Source: Dimorphilus gyrociliatus
Taxonomy: Eukaryota; Animalia; Annelida
DNA: 64,000 nucleotides
NCBI GenBank assembly: GCA_904063045.1
Contig: CAJFCJ010000023.1
Location: 620,001-684,000, forward strand
Reading direction: 5' to 3'
The notes beneath the pieces are model-generated. The model did not search any database and was not told the origin of the DNA. It saw only the letters and a list, made by a program, of their open reading frames with translations. This document shows positions 63,220 to 64,000 of this stretch, piece by piece (within the stretch, counting starts at the first letter, position 1; each line of letters starts with the position of its first letter). A program made the translations under genes and the position numbers.

Positions 63220-63292
63220 ATGCGCGCACGCGCTCTTCGAAGCGTTTACCGTTCTTTATAAAAGCCGCTGCGTAAGCGTCTTTTCTATCACA
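63220..63292 (+). promoter_or_regulatory. TATA promoter of the neuropeptide precursor gene
   Basis: TGCGCGCACGCGC at about 63221-63233, TATAAAAG at 63257-63264 and Inr-like TCA at 63288-63290, 25 nt before the ATG at 63315. Confidence 0.6.
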
Positions 63293-63314
63293 GACACGAG
63301 TTTCGACGGAAGAG

Positions 63315-64000
63315 ATGAGAGCTATAATTTTTGGTCTACTAGTATGCCTAGTTCTGGCAAACGCCAACTTTTATGGAAAAAGAGGTAGATATATTTGAAC
63401 TTTTAAACTTGAAGCAGTCATTCTTCTCGTCTCGTTAGTTAAAAGATGATCAACTACACTGTAAATATTGTAAATGAAATCGATAATCATTACGTAAACC
63501 GAGCTAGTCATTCTCTTTTATTCTCTGCAAAATATTCCACTTTATGTCTAATAAAAAAAGATACAATAAGAAGAAACTGAAGAATACGCAAAACCTAACA
63601 CTGGCCTCTTTTCTAAATGAATTTACTTTTCATTATGAAAATTGGATAATAATTTCTCTGCTAAATTCAACTAAGGCGAGAGGAAGGTGAGGAAGAAGAG
63701 GAAGAACACGAGGAAGAAGAAGAAGGGAAAGATAACTCGATTGACGGGAAAAAATTGAGACAATATACTCTTTTTCAAGCATAATAACCGATAATCAAAT
63801 ATCTCAATTGTGTTACTTGGTATAGTTTATTCATTCATTCATTCGTTCGCAATGCGAACACCTACACATAAATATATGTATAGATTTCGGGTCAAGATGA
63901 TGCGTGTTTTTTGCTTGAACAGCATTATTTCGTTAAGCAAGTCGTTCGCTTGCTTTTCTCCTCCTTCTACCTTCTTACTTTTTGTATTTGTTGCTTAGTT
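63315..64000 (+). CDS. Neuropeptide precursor, 5' part: signal peptide + NFY-G-KR (predicted NFYamide, NdWFamide-like); continues beyond the window
   Basis: Exon 63315-63384 encodes MRAIIFGLLVCLVLANA-NFY-GKR and ends at G|GTAGAT (phase 1). A long pyrimidine tract ending TTAG at 63997-63998 gives a likely acceptor, so exon 2 would start at 63999. AxA signal cleavage site, Gly amidation donor and dibasic KR are all present. Confidence 0.8.

Noticed and set aside
63666-63785. Acidic or basic reading frames in the neuropeptide intron as a possible exon 2
   Set aside because: The acidic frame needs a weak GAG acceptor and comes from a GAA/GAG repeat; the strong acceptor at 63998 is a better candidate.
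1-64000. CRISPR arrays, rRNA/tRNA genes, intact transposases or other prokaryotic systems
   Set aside because: None seen; the window is eukaryotic and its repeats are simple microsatellites without repeat-spacer structure.

Overview
AT-rich (roughly 70% A+T by eye), microsatellite-rich eukaryotic genomic DNA with many short (60-130 nt) spliceosomal introns. It is animal, most likely spiralian/lophotrochozoan, inferred from a Pax-beta-type paired domain and an NdWFamide-like precursor. Gene models were rebuilt by hand from ORFs, splice sites and exon phases. Left to right: a frameshifted GH19 chitinase-like gene (-), a Wnt4-like gene (-), a Pax-beta-like gene (-), a PRD-class Q50 homeobox gene (-), an SLC35A-family nucleotide-sugar transporter (+, one GC-AG intron), a KMT2E/SETD5/UpSET-like PHD-SET gene (-) head-to-head with CAPS/CADPS/unc-31 (+, 16 core exons, about 1318 aa), an intronless adiponectin receptor (-), and the first coding exon of a neuropeptide precursor (+) that the ORF track misses (signal peptide followed by NFY-GKR). 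No rRNA, tRNA, CRISPR or intact transposon was recognised. The most interesting observations are the predicted NFYamide tripeptide precursor, an array of in-frame 9-30 nt microexons and an alternative C-terminal exon in CAPS introns, about 40 TAC(A/T)GTA motifs matching Tc1/mariner excision footprints, and a possibly horizontally acquired GH19 gene whose frameshift could be bypassed by a cryptic 59-nt intron. All family calls come from motif recognition, not database searches.
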